Origin: an uncultured Actinomycetes bacterium
GTDB taxonomy: Bacteria > Actinomycetota > Thermoleophilia > UBA2241
Direction of reading: 5' to 3'
Assembly (NCBI GenBank): GCA_963725665.1
Contig: CAVRZA010000011.1
Coordinates: 256,001 to 320,000 of the forward strand
Length of the DNA stretch: 64,000 bases
The position numbers were made by a program, and so were the translations under genes. A model generated the notes under the pieces. The model was not told where the DNA came from. It ran no database searches and was given only the letters and a program-made list of their open reading frames with translations. Positions 38,006 through 54,532 of this stretch are shown in pieces (positions within the stretch are counted from its first letter, which is position 1; each line of letters starts with the position of its first letter).

Positions 38006-39490
38006 GTGACGTCGATCGACGATCAGTTGACACTAGTCTGGGAGGAGGCGAAAGCGCACCTCCGAGGCCAGGTCAACGACGCCACCTTCCGCCTCTGGTT
38101 CGAACGCACCGTGCCCGTTTCGATGAGCGAGGGGACATTCGTCATCGGCGCGGCCAACGGGTTCGCGAGGGAGTGGCTCGAGAGCCGCTTCGGCGAGAAG
38201 GTCCGCCGCGCCGTGGCCGAGGTCCTGGGGGCCGATGTCACCATACGCGTGGTCGTCGACGAGCGGGCCGCCGCGATCGACCCCCACCGCCCCGCCGAGG
38301 CCGGCGAGGCGGACGCCGCGCCGCGACCCGCAGGGTCGCACCGGGGTGCGCATGAGCATGAAGACCCCGCGACCGCCGAGGCCGGGTCGTCGGCCGCGCT
38401 GGCCGCGGCCTCCAGCGACGGCGACCTCCGCGCGTCGCGGCCGACCGACGCCCGTGGCCTCAACCCTCGCTACGTCTTCGAGCGCTTCGTCGTCGGTCCG
38501 CACAACGAGTACGCGACGGCCGTCGCTCGCAGCGTCGCCGAGTCGCCGGCCACCGCCTACAACCCCGTGTTCATCTACGCGGGCACAGGTCTCGGCAAGA
38601 CTCACCTCATCCAGGCCATCGCCCACGAGACGATCGCCCGTCACGCCACCCTGCGCGTCAAGTACGTCACCGTCGAGCAGTTCACCGATGAGTTCATCAA
38701 CGCCGTGACGGAGAAGGGGCGCATCGAGGGCTTCAAGCAGAAGTACCGCACCAACGACGTCCTGTTGATAGACGACGTCCAGTTCTTGGCCGAGAAGCAG
38801 CAGACCCAGGTCGAGTTCTTTCACACGTTCAATTTTCTCTATGAAGCGCACAAGCAGATCGTCATCACCTCCGACCGTCCGCCGCGTGAGCTCGAGGAGC
38901 TTGAGGAGCGGCTGCGCTCCCGCTTCGGTCAGGGGATCGTCGTCGACATCGGCCGCCCCGACCTCGAGACGCGCATCGCCATCCTGCGCAAGCAGGTCAA
39001 ATGGGAGGGCTTGAAGGTACAGGAGCAGGAGGTCCTCGAGTTCATCGCCGGACGTGTCTCCACCAACATCCGAGAGCTAGAGGGGGCGCTGACGCGCGTC
39101 GTCGGCTTCGCTTCGGTCGCTGGTGTGCCCGTGACGGTCGAGGTCGCGCGTGAAGCGCTCAAAGGACTCCTGCCGCAGGCTTACGAGCACCCCGTGACGG
39201 TCGACGCCATCCAGGGCGAGGTCGCGCGCCAGTTCGGCTGCTACGTCAGCGACCTGCGCGGCGACCGGCGCAGCCAGGATATCGCCTACGCGCGCCAGAT
39301 CGCCATGTACCTGGCGCGCGAGCTCACGGACATGTCGCTGCCCCAGATCGGCGACCGCTTCGGCGGCCGCGACCACACCACCGTCCTGTACGCCGTCAAC
39401 AAGATCAAGCGCCTGCTCAACGACGACCATGACCGCCAGCTCCACGAACTCATCCAGCTCCTCACCTCACGGCTGAAGGCGGCGCGCTGA
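38006..39490 (+). CDS. dnaA: Chromosomal replication initiator DnaA
   Basis: [45 protein letters not shown]. Confidence 0.98.
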   Translation: MTSIDDQLTLVWEEAKAHLRGQVNDATFRLWFERTVPVSMSEGTFVIGAANGFAREWLESRFGEKVRRAVAEVLGADVTIRVVVDERAAAIDPHRPAEAGEADAAPRPAGSHRGAHEHEDPATAEAGSSAALAAASSDGDLRASRPTDARGLNPRYVFERFVVGPHNEYATAVARSVAESPATAYNPVFIYAGTGLGKTHLIQAIAHETIARHATLRVKYVTVEQFTDEFINAVTEKGRIEGFKQKYRTNDVLLIDDVQFLAEKQQTQVEFFHTFNFLYEAHKQIVITSDRPPRELEELEERLRSRFGQGIVVDIGRPDLETRIAILRKQVKWEGLKVQEQEVLEFIAGRVSTNIRELEGALTRVVGFASVAGVPVTVEVAREALKGLLPQAYEHPVTVDAIQGEVARQFGCYVSDLRGDRRSQDIAYARQIAMYLARELTDMSLPQIGDRFGGRDHTTVLYAVNKIKRLLNDDHDRQLHELIQLLTSRLKAAR

Positions 39491-39529
39491 CGGCCTCGTG
39501 TCGGCCGACTGACGACCCTGTGCGTCGGC

Positions 39530-39780
39530 GTGGGGGACAAGCTGTTGACAACAGCCGCTGTGGTGGTGGAGACATTCACAAACCGCACGCCGACCGACTA
39601 TGCTTTGCGTCGGTGAGGGGTAAGCAGCTGCTGAGACGCCTGCACTCGGTGAACGTTCCGTCCACACCACTCTCCAGAGGCGACTCACCCTCAGGTGCAG
39701 CCGGAACGACCGGGGTCCACAGAGTACACAGGGGCTATGACGACGACGAGGAGAGATACTTCTCTCTTAAGAATGATAAG
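39530..39780. promoter_or_regulatory. oriC unwinding subregion (degenerate DnaA boxes, DnaA-trios, AT-richer tract)
   Basis: Abutting boxes GGGTCCACA-GAGTACACA (39713-39730), GGGGC, then TAT-GAC-GAC-GAC-GAG-GAG and ATACTTCTCTCTTAAGAATGATAAG in the dnaA-dnaN gap. Confidence 0.7.
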
Positions 39781-39788
39781 GAGCTGGG

Positions 39789-40889
39789 ATGAGATTCACC
39801 TGTGACCGCGCGACGCTGGTCGAGAAGCTCAACGTCCTTGCCCGCGGAGTCTCGGCGCGCAGCGCGCTGCCCGTGCTCTCAGGAATCCTCCTCCAGGCAC
39901 ACGACGGTCTCCTTGAGCTGTACTCGACCGACATGGAGCTCTCGATTAAAGCGACCCTTGAGACGGGTGTCGAGGGCGAAGGTGACCTGGTCGTGCCGGC
40001 ACGTCTGTTCACCGACGTCGTGAAGAGCCTGCCGGGCGACGAAGTCGTCATCGAATCGAGCGAGGGCTCGGTCAAGGTGTCGGCCGGCAAGGGCGTGTTC
40101 TCTCTCAACTCGTGGGTCGCGAGCGACTTTCCGCAGACCTCAAGCTTCGACACGGAGGGGGGCTTCGCCGTGGGGCGGGAGCCCTTCATTGAGACACTTG
40201 AGAAAGTGGGGCGCGCGGCCTCGCGCGACGAGACGAGGCCGATCCTCACTGGTGTGCTTGTGACGATCGGCGGCGGTACGCTGAAGATGGTGGCGACCGA
40301 CAGTTACCGGCTGAGCGTAAAGGAGACGCACCTCGAGGGTGGGCCGTCCGACGAGGTCGAGGCGATCGTGCCGGTGAAGGCGTTGAACGAAGTGGCGCGC
40401 CTCGCGGCGACGACTGGTGAGGGCGACATCCAGGTGGCCGTCACCGAGAACCAGGCGCTCTTCAGCCTGGGCGACGTGTGGGTGGCGACGAGGCTGATCG
40501 ACGGTCAGTTCCCCAACTACCGCCAGCTCCTCCCCGAGAGCTTCGACCACAGCATCGCCGTAGACCGAGAAGAGATTCTGGCGGTGGCCCGCCGGGTAAG
40601 CCTACTGGCGCAGAAGAACGCACCGCTACGACTCAGCTTCGCGCCGGGTACGCTGACCATGCGAGCGGTCACACAGGATGTGGGCCAGGCAGAGGAAGAG
40701 CTCGCGATCGAGTTCGGCGGCGAGGATTTCGAGATCGGCTTCAACCCCCTCTTCTTCATCGACGGTCTCGAAGGCGTCGGCGGCGAACAGGTCGTCCTGA
40801 AGTTCATCAACCCGTTGCGCCCTGGGCTCGTGACTGGGGCGGATGGTGGCTTCCTCTATCTGATCATGCCAATCAGGCTCAGCAGCTAG
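39789..40889 (+). CDS. dnaN: DNA polymerase III beta clamp
   Basis: LPVLSGI, STDME, DETRPILTG, VATDSYRL, RLIDGQFPNY, IGFNP, YLIMPIR. Confidence 0.97.
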   Translation: MRFTCDRATLVEKLNVLARGVSARSALPVLSGILLQAHDGLLELYSTDMELSIKATLETGVEGEGDLVVPARLFTDVVKSLPGDEVVIESSEGSVKVSAGKGVFSLNSWVASDFPQTSSFDTEGGFAVGREPFIETLEKVGRAASRDETRPILTGVLVTIGGGTLKMVATDSYRLSVKETHLEGGPSDEVEAIVPVKALNEVARLAATTGEGDIQVAVTENQALFSLGDVWVATRLIDGQFPNYRQLLPESFDHSIAVDREEILAVARRVSLLAQKNAPLRLSFAPGTLTMRAVTQDVGQAEEELAIEFGGEDFEIGFNPLFFIDGLEGVGGEQVVLKFINPLRPGLVTGADGGFLYLIMPIRLSS

Positions 40890-40953
40890 AGGCGGCGACG
40901 CGGCAGACGTTGCGTGCGGGGGCGTTCTCTCGGGAGTGCGCCGGGAGGTCAGC

Positions 40954-41175
40954 GTGGCGCGCGAGATAGCGATCCAAGGCCCCATCCCGTTGGGTTCCTT
41001 CGTCAAGCTCAGTGGCGCCGCGGCCACAGGAGGCGAGGCCAAGCGTCTCATCCAGGGCGGGGCCGTGCGCGTGAACGGCGAGGTCGAGCTGCGGCGCGGT
41101 CACGACGTCATCCCCGGTGACCTCGTGGAGTTCCGCGGCGAACAGTACATCGCGATCCGGGGCGACGCGCCCTGA
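40954..41175 (+). CDS. S4-domain RNA-binding protein (YaaA-like)
   Basis: I.LGSFVKL...TGGEAK..I..G.V.VNGEVE.RRG; position between dnaN and recF. Confidence 0.88.
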   Translation: MAREIAIQGPIPLGSFVKLSGAAATGGEAKRLIQGGAVRVNGEVELRRGHDVIPGDLVEFRGEQYIAIRGDAP

Positions 41176-41200
41176 GGCCCAAGGTACTGAGCGGACGGTC

Positions 41201-42566
41201 GTGTACGTCGCCTCCCTGAGACTCGTCAACTTCCGCAGCTACCGCGACAACCGGGTGCGCTTCTCGCCCGGCATCAACGTCATCGTCGGCGAGAACGCCA
41301 GCGGCAAGACGAACCTTCTCGAGGCGGCGTTCTTCGCCTTGCGCGCCGCCTCGCCGCGCACTAGCCGCGAGGAGAAGGTCGTCTCCTGGGGAGAGGAGTT
41401 CGCACGGGTGGCGGCCGAGGTGGGACAGCTCGTCGGCGACGAGCCGCCAACCGGGGGCGTTCGCTCAGCCGGCGACGAGCAGCCGCCGGTCGACGGCGGA
41501 CGGCTGCACACGGTCGAGGTCGCCTACGCCCCTGGACAGGGCAAGCGCATACGCTTCGACAGGGTCGAGGTGGAGAACCTGGGCGAGTTGCGACGACGAG
41601 CGCACGCGTTCATCTTCGTTCCCGAGAGCCTCTTGCTCGTGAAGGGTAGCCCCGCGCGACGCCGGGCCCACCTCGACGCCTTCGCCGCGACGATCGATCC
41701 TGCGTACGAGGCGACCGCCCAGGCGCTGCCGCTGGCGCTGAGGCAGCGCAACGCGCAACTCCAGCGCGTGCGCGAGGGCAGCGACAGCGCCGGCCTCGAC
41801 GTGTGGGACGGCCAGCTCGCCCGTGTCGGCGTCGAGCTCGGGCGGCGGCGAAGGGAGCTCGTCGCGCGCCTGGCGGCGCGCTTCGCTCCCTTCGCCGCCG
41901 CCCTCGCCCCGGCGGGCGGCGACTTCAGTCTGGTCTTGGCCTCGCACTTCGATGAGACCGGCCTCGACGAAGGGGCGTACCTGGCGGCCCTGCGCTCGCG
42001 CCGCGCGCGCGAGGTCGCGCGCGGCGCGAGCGCGTTTGGACCCCACCGCGACGACCTCCAGGTCGTCGAGCGCCAGGCGGACGGGCGTGTGCGCGACCTG
42101 CGCCTGTTCGGCTCTCAGGGCGAGCAACGAGCGGCCGTGCTGGCCCTCCTCCTGGCGGAGCGCGCGGTGGCCGAGGAGGCGACCGGCGACCTGGGCACGC
42201 TCTTCCTGGACGACGTCATGAGCGAGCTCGACGACGCCCGGCGCCGCTTGCTGGCGCGTGTGCTCAACGACGGCGGGCAGAGCATCATCACGACGACCAA
42301 CCTCCTGTACTTCACCGGTGAGGAGCTGGCCGGCGCGCGCGTGATCGAGTTGCCGCTCCCACAGAGCGCTCTCCTGCAGAGCGGTGGGGAGCCGCAGGGC
42401 GACGCCGTCGCGGCGGGAGGCGGGACCGCTTACGGGAGAGCCGGGGCTGATGCGGCCCGCGGTGGCGATGCCGCGGCGTCCGGCCACGACGGGTACGACG
42501 AGGGCGCCGCCGTGCGCGGCCACGGGTTGCCCGACGATGGCAGTGACGTCGCCGAGGCGGCCGGCG

Positions 42567-42574
<8 letters not shown>
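41201..42574 (+). CDS. recF: DNA replication/repair protein RecF
   Basis: NFRSY, GENASGKTN, GPHRDD, SQGEQR, LDDVMSELD; low-complexity C-terminal tail. Confidence 0.93.
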
Positions 42575-45586
<3,012 letters not shown>

Positions 45587-45683
45587 GCGCACGGCGACCG
45601 CGCGCCGGTCACGTCACACCGGTCGTCACCAGGCGGGCGCCCTGCGCCGCCGGCGTGGGGCGATCCTCTCTTCGAGGTAGGCC

Positions 45684-48158
<2,475 letters not shown>

Positions 48159-48262
48159 GCCTCGCCGGCGCGACCCGGCGCGGGGACCCGCACCGTAGCG
48201 CCGCACTCCACAGTGGCCGCCGGGCGACCGGTCAGGGCCCCTCGGGGGAGTACAATCCCCCT

Positions 48263-48514
48263 GTGATCAGCGCCACTCCGGGGCTCAGCGAATCCGACAC
48301 ACGTGCCAAGCTCATCGACCCGGCCATCCATGCTCGCGGCTGGACCGAGGAGCTGATCCGGCGCGAGGAGGCCGCCGGCGCCGTCGAGATCATCGACGGG
48401 CGGCCCTTCAAGCAAGCCAAGGGACGCATCGACTACACGCTGCGCATCAAGGTCTCGGCCGACGCGCGCAGCAGAAGATCATCGCCGATGCGATCAGAGA
48501 GCTGCGGGGGCTGA
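48263..48514 (+). pseudogene. hsdR: Type I restriction endonuclease HsdR N-terminal remnant
   Basis: LSESDTRAKLIDPAI..RGW.E..I.RE...GRIDY is the EcoEI/EcoAI-type HsdR N-terminus; truncated after ~65 codons. Confidence 0.65.
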
Positions 48515-48515
48515 C

Positions 48516-49124
48516 ATGACGGCGGGAGCGACGATCCCGAAGCCGCGGGATCTCGAGCGCGCACGCGCCGCCTTCCGGGAGCACGAGCCACGGGACATCT
48601 TCTATCGCGCAGCCAGAGAGCTGGTGGAAGCTGCGCTGCGCGGCGACGGCGAGCTGAAGGTCAGCGAGGCATTGGCGGTGCTGCTGCAGACCTGGAACAG
48701 GGCCTTTTACCAGTACCGGCCCTTCGACGAGCAGCACCTGGCCGACATAGACCGCCTATGCGAGAGCCACCAGGCCGACGTGGAACTCTGCCGGACCATG
48801 ACGATCGACGACATCGCCGCCGACGACGAGGCGTTCGTACGCGAGATCTTCGGCGATTTCGAGTCCGTTCTCGGGCCGGTAGGGGCGGCAAAGGCCCTGC
48901 ATCTCCTGGCGCCGGCGTTCTTCCCCCTGTGGGATCGCGCCATTGCGCAGGCGTGCGGTCTTGCGCTGCAGAAGACGGGCTCCAATTCGGAGCTGTATTT
49001 CCGCTTCATGCGGGTCACCCAGCTGCAGTGCCGGGAGCTGAGGTCCGCCGGCGTTTCCGGCGCCGACCTTCTGAAGCGCATTGACGAGTACAACTACTGC
49101 CGCTACACAATGGGGTGGCTGTAG
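48516..49124 (+). CDS. Hypothetical protein, possible HhH-like DNA glycosylase fold
   Basis: GPVGAAKALHLLAP.FFPLWD.AI motif, LL.TWN, K.IDEY. Confidence 0.6.
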   Translation: MTAGATIPKPRDLERARAAFREHEPRDIFYRAARELVEAALRGDGELKVSEALAVLLQTWNRAFYQYRPFDEQHLADIDRLCESHQADVELCRTMTIDDIAADDEAFVREIFGDFESVLGPVGAAKALHLLAPAFFPLWDRAIAQACGLALQKTGSNSELYFRFMRVTQLQCRELRSAGVSGADLLKRIDEYNYCRYTMGWL

Positions 49125-49236
49125 GTCCTCGGGACGCGCCGGCTGCCTGACCAAGGAGCCGTGCGGCCTCGAGGGCCAAACGCCGCTGATCACTCTCCTT
49201 GGCTGCGACTGAGCCGACGGCTTCGAGCGCGGCTGG

Positions 49237-50607
49237 TCAGGTCACCAGGATCGCCCGGAAGTCGTTGACGTTGGTGCGCGTGGGGCCGGTGACGACGAGG
49301 TCGTCGAGGGCGGCGAAGAAACCGTAGGCGTCGTTCGCCGCCAGAGCGGCCTCGGCGTCGACGCCGGCCCGAGCGGCGCGCTCGAGTGTGTCCGGGCCGG
49401 CCACGGCGCCGGCGTTGTCCTCGCTGCCGTCGATGCCGTCGGTGTCGCAGGCGAGCGCGGTGACGCCGGGGGCGCCGGCGAGGCCGACCGCCAGCGCGAG
49501 CAGGTACTCGCCGTTGCGACCGCCGCGCCCGCCGCCGCGCACCGTCACCGTCGTCTCGCCACCCGAGAGGAGCACGAACGGCGGCGCGGGCGGCGGGGTC
49601 GTGAGCACTGCGGGGCGGGCTGCCCCCGCGGCGACGGCCGTTTCGAGGGCGGCTTGTGCTTGCCGACCGTCGGTGGCGTGCGCGAGGGCGAGGGCGAGGC
49701 GCGCGTGCTCGGCGGCGAGCACGCGCGCCTCGCCCTCGAGATCGCCGCCGAGCACGAGCGCCGTGACACCTGCTGCCTGCGCCGCGCCCGCGGCCGCAGC
49801 GAGCGCTCGCCCGGCCGTGGCGACGACCTGCACGAGATCGTCGGCGAACCCCGGATCACCGGGCTTGGGCGTCTCGGGCGGGCGCCGGCCGGGACCCTGC
49901 GCCCCGTCGTAGAGGTGGGCCACGACGGCTGCTGGCCCCTCGATGTCGTAGCGGGCCAGCACGTCGAGAGCCTCCGCGAAGGTGGTGGGGTCGGGCAGGG
50001 TCGGCCCCGAGGCGACGACGGCCGCGTCGTCGCCGGGCACGTCGCTCACGACAAGGGTCGCCACACGAGCCGGGTGCGCCGCCTCGGCGAGGCGGCCGCC
50101 CTTCACCGCCGAGAGGTGCGTGCGTACGCAGTTCATCTCGCGGATCGAGGCGCCGCAGCGCAGCAGAATCGCCGTGACCGCCTGCGTGTCGTGCATCGAG
50201 AGCCCCGGGGCCGGCAACGCCAGCAGCGCCGAGCCACCGCCCGAGAAGAGGGCGACGAGCAGGTCGTCGGGCCCCAGGGCGCGCGCCAGCTCGAGGATGC
50301 GCGCGGCCGCCTCGCGGCCGCGCGCATCGGGCAGCGGGTGCGCCGCCTCGACGACCTCGATCCGCTCGCAGGGCACGCCGTGCCCGTCGCGGGTGACGAC
50401 GAGCCCCTCCAGAGGGCCGCCCCACGCTTGCTCCACGGCGCGTGCCATGACCGCTGCGGCCTTGCCGGCGCCGACGACGACGGTGCGTCCGGCCGGCGGC
50501 GTGGGCAAGACCGCGGCCAGCTCGTCCCAGGGCGAGGCCGCGGCGACGGCCGTCTCGAAGAGACTGCGCAAGAAGACGCGCGGGTCGTCCACTAGGCCGG
50601 CTCCCAT
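49237..50607 (-). CDS. Glycerate 2-kinase (MOFRL/TtuD type)
   Basis: GAGKAA, AAHPLPD, SGGGSAL, SDVPGDD, GGETTV, GGRNGE, TDGIDG, TGPTRTNVND. Confidence 0.93.
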   Translation of the reverse strand: MGAGLVDDPRVFLRSLFETAVAAASPWDELAAVLPTPPAGRTVVVGAGKAAAVMARAVEQAWGGPLEGLVVTRDGHGVPCERIEVVEAAHPLPDARGREAAARILELARALGPDDLLVALFSGGGSALLALPAPGLSMHDTQAVTAILLRCGASIREMNCVRTHLSAVKGGRLAEAAHPARVATLVVSDVPGDDAAVVASGPTLPDPTTFAEALDVLARYDIEGPAAVVAHLYDGAQGPGRRPPETPKPGDPGFADDLVQVVATAGRALAAAAGAAQAAGVTALVLGGDLEGEARVLAAEHARLALALAHATDGRQAQAALETAVAAGAARPAVLTTPPPAPPFVLLSGGETTVTVRGGGRGGRNGEYLLALAVGLAGAPGVTALACDTDGIDGSEDNAGAVAGPDTLERAARAGVDAEAALAANDAYGFFAALDDLVVTGPTRTNVNDFRAILVT

Positions 50608-50623
50608 TGGCGGTGCACGTTCA

Positions 50624-53268
50624 TCAGACCAGCCCCCGCAGCCTTGCCGCCGCGCGCTCGAACTCGGGCCCTGTGAAACAGTAGCCGAGCTCGGTGAACC
50701 CGGCGCGCAGCTCGCGCACGCGCTCCCGCACGTCGGCGTCCTCGAGGATCACCGCGGCCATGAGGTCGGCCACCTCGGCGAAGTCGGCCTCCTTCATGCC
50801 GAAGCGCGTCATCTCGGAGACACCCAGGCGCAGACCGCCGGCGGCTGTGAACGCCTCCTCGTCGGGCAGGCCCTGGTAGTTGCAGATGATGTTGCTCGCC
50901 TCGAGACGCTCGGCGACCTCGTGTCCACGTCCGTAGCCGACCTTGACGACGACCTGGTGGGTCTCCGTGAAGTCGACGGCAGGGTCGCCGGCGACCGACA
51001 CGCCGCGCCCGTGCAGCGCCCGGGCGAAGGCCTTGGCGTTGGCGATCACCTGCGGCTGGTAGGAGTCCTTGAAGGCCATCATCTCGTAGGTGGCCAGAAG
51101 CAGCCCGAGCAGCGTGCCCAGGTGGTGGTTGGAGACAGACCCCGGGAACGTGCGGCGCTGGATCGCCTCCCAGAGGTCGTAGCGCTCCTCGCCCTCGACG
51201 AAGCGGCTGCCGACGACTCCGCGCTGCGTGCCGAAGAAGGTCTTGTGCGTCGAGCCCGTGACCAGGTCGGCGCCCTCCGCGAACGGCTGCTGGAAGTGCG
51301 GCCCGACGAGGCCCAGCACGTGGGCCATGTCGTACATGACGACGGCGTCGAGGCCGGTCTCGTCGAGGTACGCGCGCACCTCGCGCACCGGCTCGGGGTG
51401 CAGCACCATGCTGCGCCCGAAGATGATGAGCTCGGGCCGGAAGCGCTCGATGAGCTCGTACGTCTCGGCGAGGTCGATGCGGTAGGGGTTGTCCTCACGC
51501 ATGGGGAAGTTGACCACGGCCGGCGCGTCGGTGCGCGGATAGCGGGCGACGTAGTCGCGCAGCGCCCCCATGGGCTGGGCGCTCAGGTGTCCGCCCTTGG
51601 CGATGTGGTTGTTCATCACCATGCCGATGCGCCGCGGCTCGGCCTTGGGGTCGCCGCGGTTGAGGTACTCGACCATGGCGCTGAAGACGGCGGCGTTGGC
51701 CATCTGGCCGCTGATCACGCGCGTCTCGGCCTCGGCACAGCCCAGGTAGGCGGCCATCTCGGCCCGCAGACGCTCCTCGACCGCCTCGATGAACCGGTGC
51801 CCTGGTAGTAGAAGACATCGACGTCGTAGAAGGCCTCCGCCTGCCGATGCTCGGCGTAGCGGAAGGCGGGGTCCATGATCGAGGCCAGGCGCACGAGCGG
51901 CGAGGCCGTCATCTCGGACGGTATGAGGTTGATGCACTCCCGCTGCCGCCACTCGGTGTTGCTGACCGTCTCGTCGAGCAGCAGGCGCGCCTTCGCCGGC
52001 GCGTCTCCGCCCGACAGCTCGGGCCCCGGCGGCTCGTAGTCGTAGACGATCGGCCGCGCGTACGGCGGGGCGTCGCTGCGCGCGTGATAGGGCACGACGA
52101 CGGCGCGCGCGCGACTGCCGCGGATGTCGACCGCGACGATGTCGTCCTCGACGATGTCGCTGTCGATGTAGGCCAGGGCGATGGCGCGCTGCGCCTTCTC
52201 GTCGGTCAGGCGCGAGTCGAGACCCTCGCCGACGATCTGCCAGTAGGGGATCGAGGTGCCGCTACTGACCCAGCCGACCCGCTTCTCGTCCTTGAAGACG
52301 GGAGCGCCGGAACGCGCGATGCCGCGCTCCGCGAGCGCGATGGGCTGGACCAGGCGTGGCAGATCGTCGATCAGCGAGTAGTCGCGGCCGACGATGCGCA
52401 CGTAGGCGTCGTGCTGGCGGCGCAGCGACTCGCGTCCGATGTATTGGCCTTTGAGCGGCGAGAAGCTCACGGCGAGCTTCGCCAGGGGGATGGCGTAGAT
52501 GGGGATCTCCACGCCGTCGGGATCGACGCCCAGCTCGAAGCCGTAGAGCGGCAGGCCGGCCTCGAGCCGCAGGGTGTCGCGGGCGCCGAGCCCGGCGGGC
52601 TCGGCGCCCGCGCCGACGAGAACGTCCCAGAGCTCGCCGGCGTGCTCGGCGACCACGAAGAGCTCGAAGCAGAGCGGCTCGCCGGTGTAGCCCGTGCGTC
52701 CGATCTTGACCTCGAAGCCGCCCAGCGTGGCGATGCTGAGCTCGTTGCGCATGACGTCGGGCAGGCCGCCCTTGGTGAGCAACGGCGCCAGCACGTCGCG
52801 CGAGCGCGGCCCCTGCAGGGCCACCATGGCGATGCGGCGCGTCGCGTCCTCGAGCTCAAGCCCGGCAAAGCGGCCGCGCTCGCGGGTGAAGTGCTCCCAG
52901 TCCTTCTCCCGGTTGGCGGCGTTCACGACCAGCAGGTACTCGTCCTCATGGAAGCGGTAGAGGTAGGCGTCGTCGATCGCCCCGCCCGTGGGCGTGGGGA
53001 CGACCGTGTACTGCGCCTGACAGACCTCGAGCCCGGCGGCGTTGTTGGTCAGGACGTGCTGCAGGAACGGCAAGGCTTCGGGGCCGCGCAGCACGAAGCG
53101 GCCCATGTGCGAGACGTCGAAGAGCCCTGCCCGCTTGCGTGTCGCCAAGTGCTCGCCGATGATGCCCGTCGGGTACTGGACGGGCATCTCCCAGCCGGCG
53201 AACTCGACGAGCTTGGCCCCGGCTGCCACATGGCGTGCGAAGAGCGCGGTGCGCGCAAGCCCGGCCAT
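50624..53268 (-). CDS. GcvT aminomethyltransferase - serine hydroxymethyltransferase fusion; frameshift near 51793
   Basis: GWEMPVQY, FDVSHMG, TGYTGE, LGARDTLRLEAG, then in the same frame INLIPSE...YYQG; SHMT continues (GGHLS, DMAHVLG, STHKTFFG) after a one-base shift. Confidence 0.82.
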
Positions 53269-53270
53269 CG

Positions 53271-54521
53271 TCACAACGACCGCCCCTCGACGAAGGCCTT
53301 CAGCCTGCCCAAGCCCATCGCGATGCGGTCGGCGTCGATGCCCGAGTAGGCGATGCGGATGTAGCGCCGGTGCTCGCCCGGAAGCTCCCGCCCGAAGTGC
53401 AGCCGGGTGCAGAAGGAACAGCCGGTGGCGTCGAGCGCGCCTAAGCGAAAGTCGGCGTAGTCGGTCAGGCCGGTGCGCTCCATGGCCCCCGTTACGTCGG
53501 GGAAGAGGTAGAAGGTGGCGTCGGGCGAGTAGCATGAGACGCCCTCTATGTCGTTGAGGGCACGCACGGCGATGTCGCGCCGCTCCTGCAGCACGCGCAG
53601 GATCTCCTGCGGCCCCGACTGGTCGCCGGTGAGGGCCTCGACGCCGGCGTACTGCACGAAGTGGTTGGTGCAGGACTCTTCGTTCACGTTGAGCGTGGCG
53701 ATGACGGAGATGACCTCCTTGGGGCCCACGGCGCCGCCGAGCCGCCAGCCCGTCATGGCGAACTTCTTGCTGAACGTGTACAGGATCACGGTGCGCTCGG
53801 CCAAGCCCGGCAGCGAGGCGATCGACCGGCTCTTACCGCTGTAGCGGATGTCCCAGTAGGCCTCGTCGGAGAGGACGTAGAGGTCGTGCTTGAGCGCCAG
53901 CTCGGCCAGCGCCTCGAGCTCCTCGGGCGGGCTCTCGGCGCCGGTGGGGTTGTGCTGGTTGTTGTAGATGAGCAGGCGCGTGCGGGGCGTGATGGCGGCC
54001 TCGATCGCATCGAAATCGAGCAGGAAGTTCCGCTCTCCGGGGATGAAGCCGTACGGCTTGGCGACACCGCCGTGGAACTCGATCTGCGACTCGTAGATGG
54101 GGAAGCCGGGGTTCGGATAGAGGACCTCGTCGCCCGGGTTCATGAGCGTGAGGAGGAACTTCTCGATGACCGGCTTGCCGCCGGGCTGCACGGCGACGTT
54201 CTCGGCCGAGTAGGCGATGCCGTGTGTGCTCGAGACCTCGACCGCCAGCGCCTCCCGAAGCTGGGGGATGCCGCCGTTGGGGCAGTAGCCGGTCTTGCCG
54301 TCGCGCATGGCGCGCTCCGCTGCCGCCATGACGTTCTCCGGCGTGCGCAGGTTCATGTCGCCGAGGTGGAAGGGAAAGATCTCGTTGCCTTCTTGCGCGA
54401 AGGCCGTCGCCTCGGCCGATACGGCGAACGCCGTCTCCGTGCCCAGGTGCGCCACCCGATCGGCGAGCTTCATGGTCATCTGCGTCATGTCGTCCTCCGC
54501 TCCGGTCTTGATCTCTGACAT
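53271..54521 (-). CDS. Class I/II PLP aminotransferase (AspAT-like)
   Basis: PNPGFPIY, HNPTG, SDEAY, FSKKFAMTGWRLG. Confidence 0.9.
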   Translation of the reverse strand: MSEIKTGAEDDMTQMTMKLADRVAHLGTETAFAVSAEATAFAQEGNEIFPFHLGDMNLRTPENVMAAAERAMRDGKTGYCPNGGIPQLREALAVEVSSTHGIAYSAENVAVQPGGKPVIEKFLLTLMNPGDEVLYPNPGFPIYESQIEFHGGVAKPYGFIPGERNFLLDFDAIEAAITPRTRLLIYNNQHNPTGAESPPEELEALAELALKHDLYVLSDEAYWDIRYSGKSRSIASLPGLAERTVILYTFSKKFAMTGWRLGGAVGPKEVISVIATLNVNEESCTNHFVQYAGVEALTGDQSGPQEILRVLQERRDIAVRALNDIEGVSCYSPDATFYLFPDVTGAMERTGLTDYADFRLGALDATGCSFCTRLHFGRELPGEHRRYIRIAYSGIDADRIAMGLGRLKAFVEGRSL

Positions 54522-54532
54522 GTCGTCTCCCC

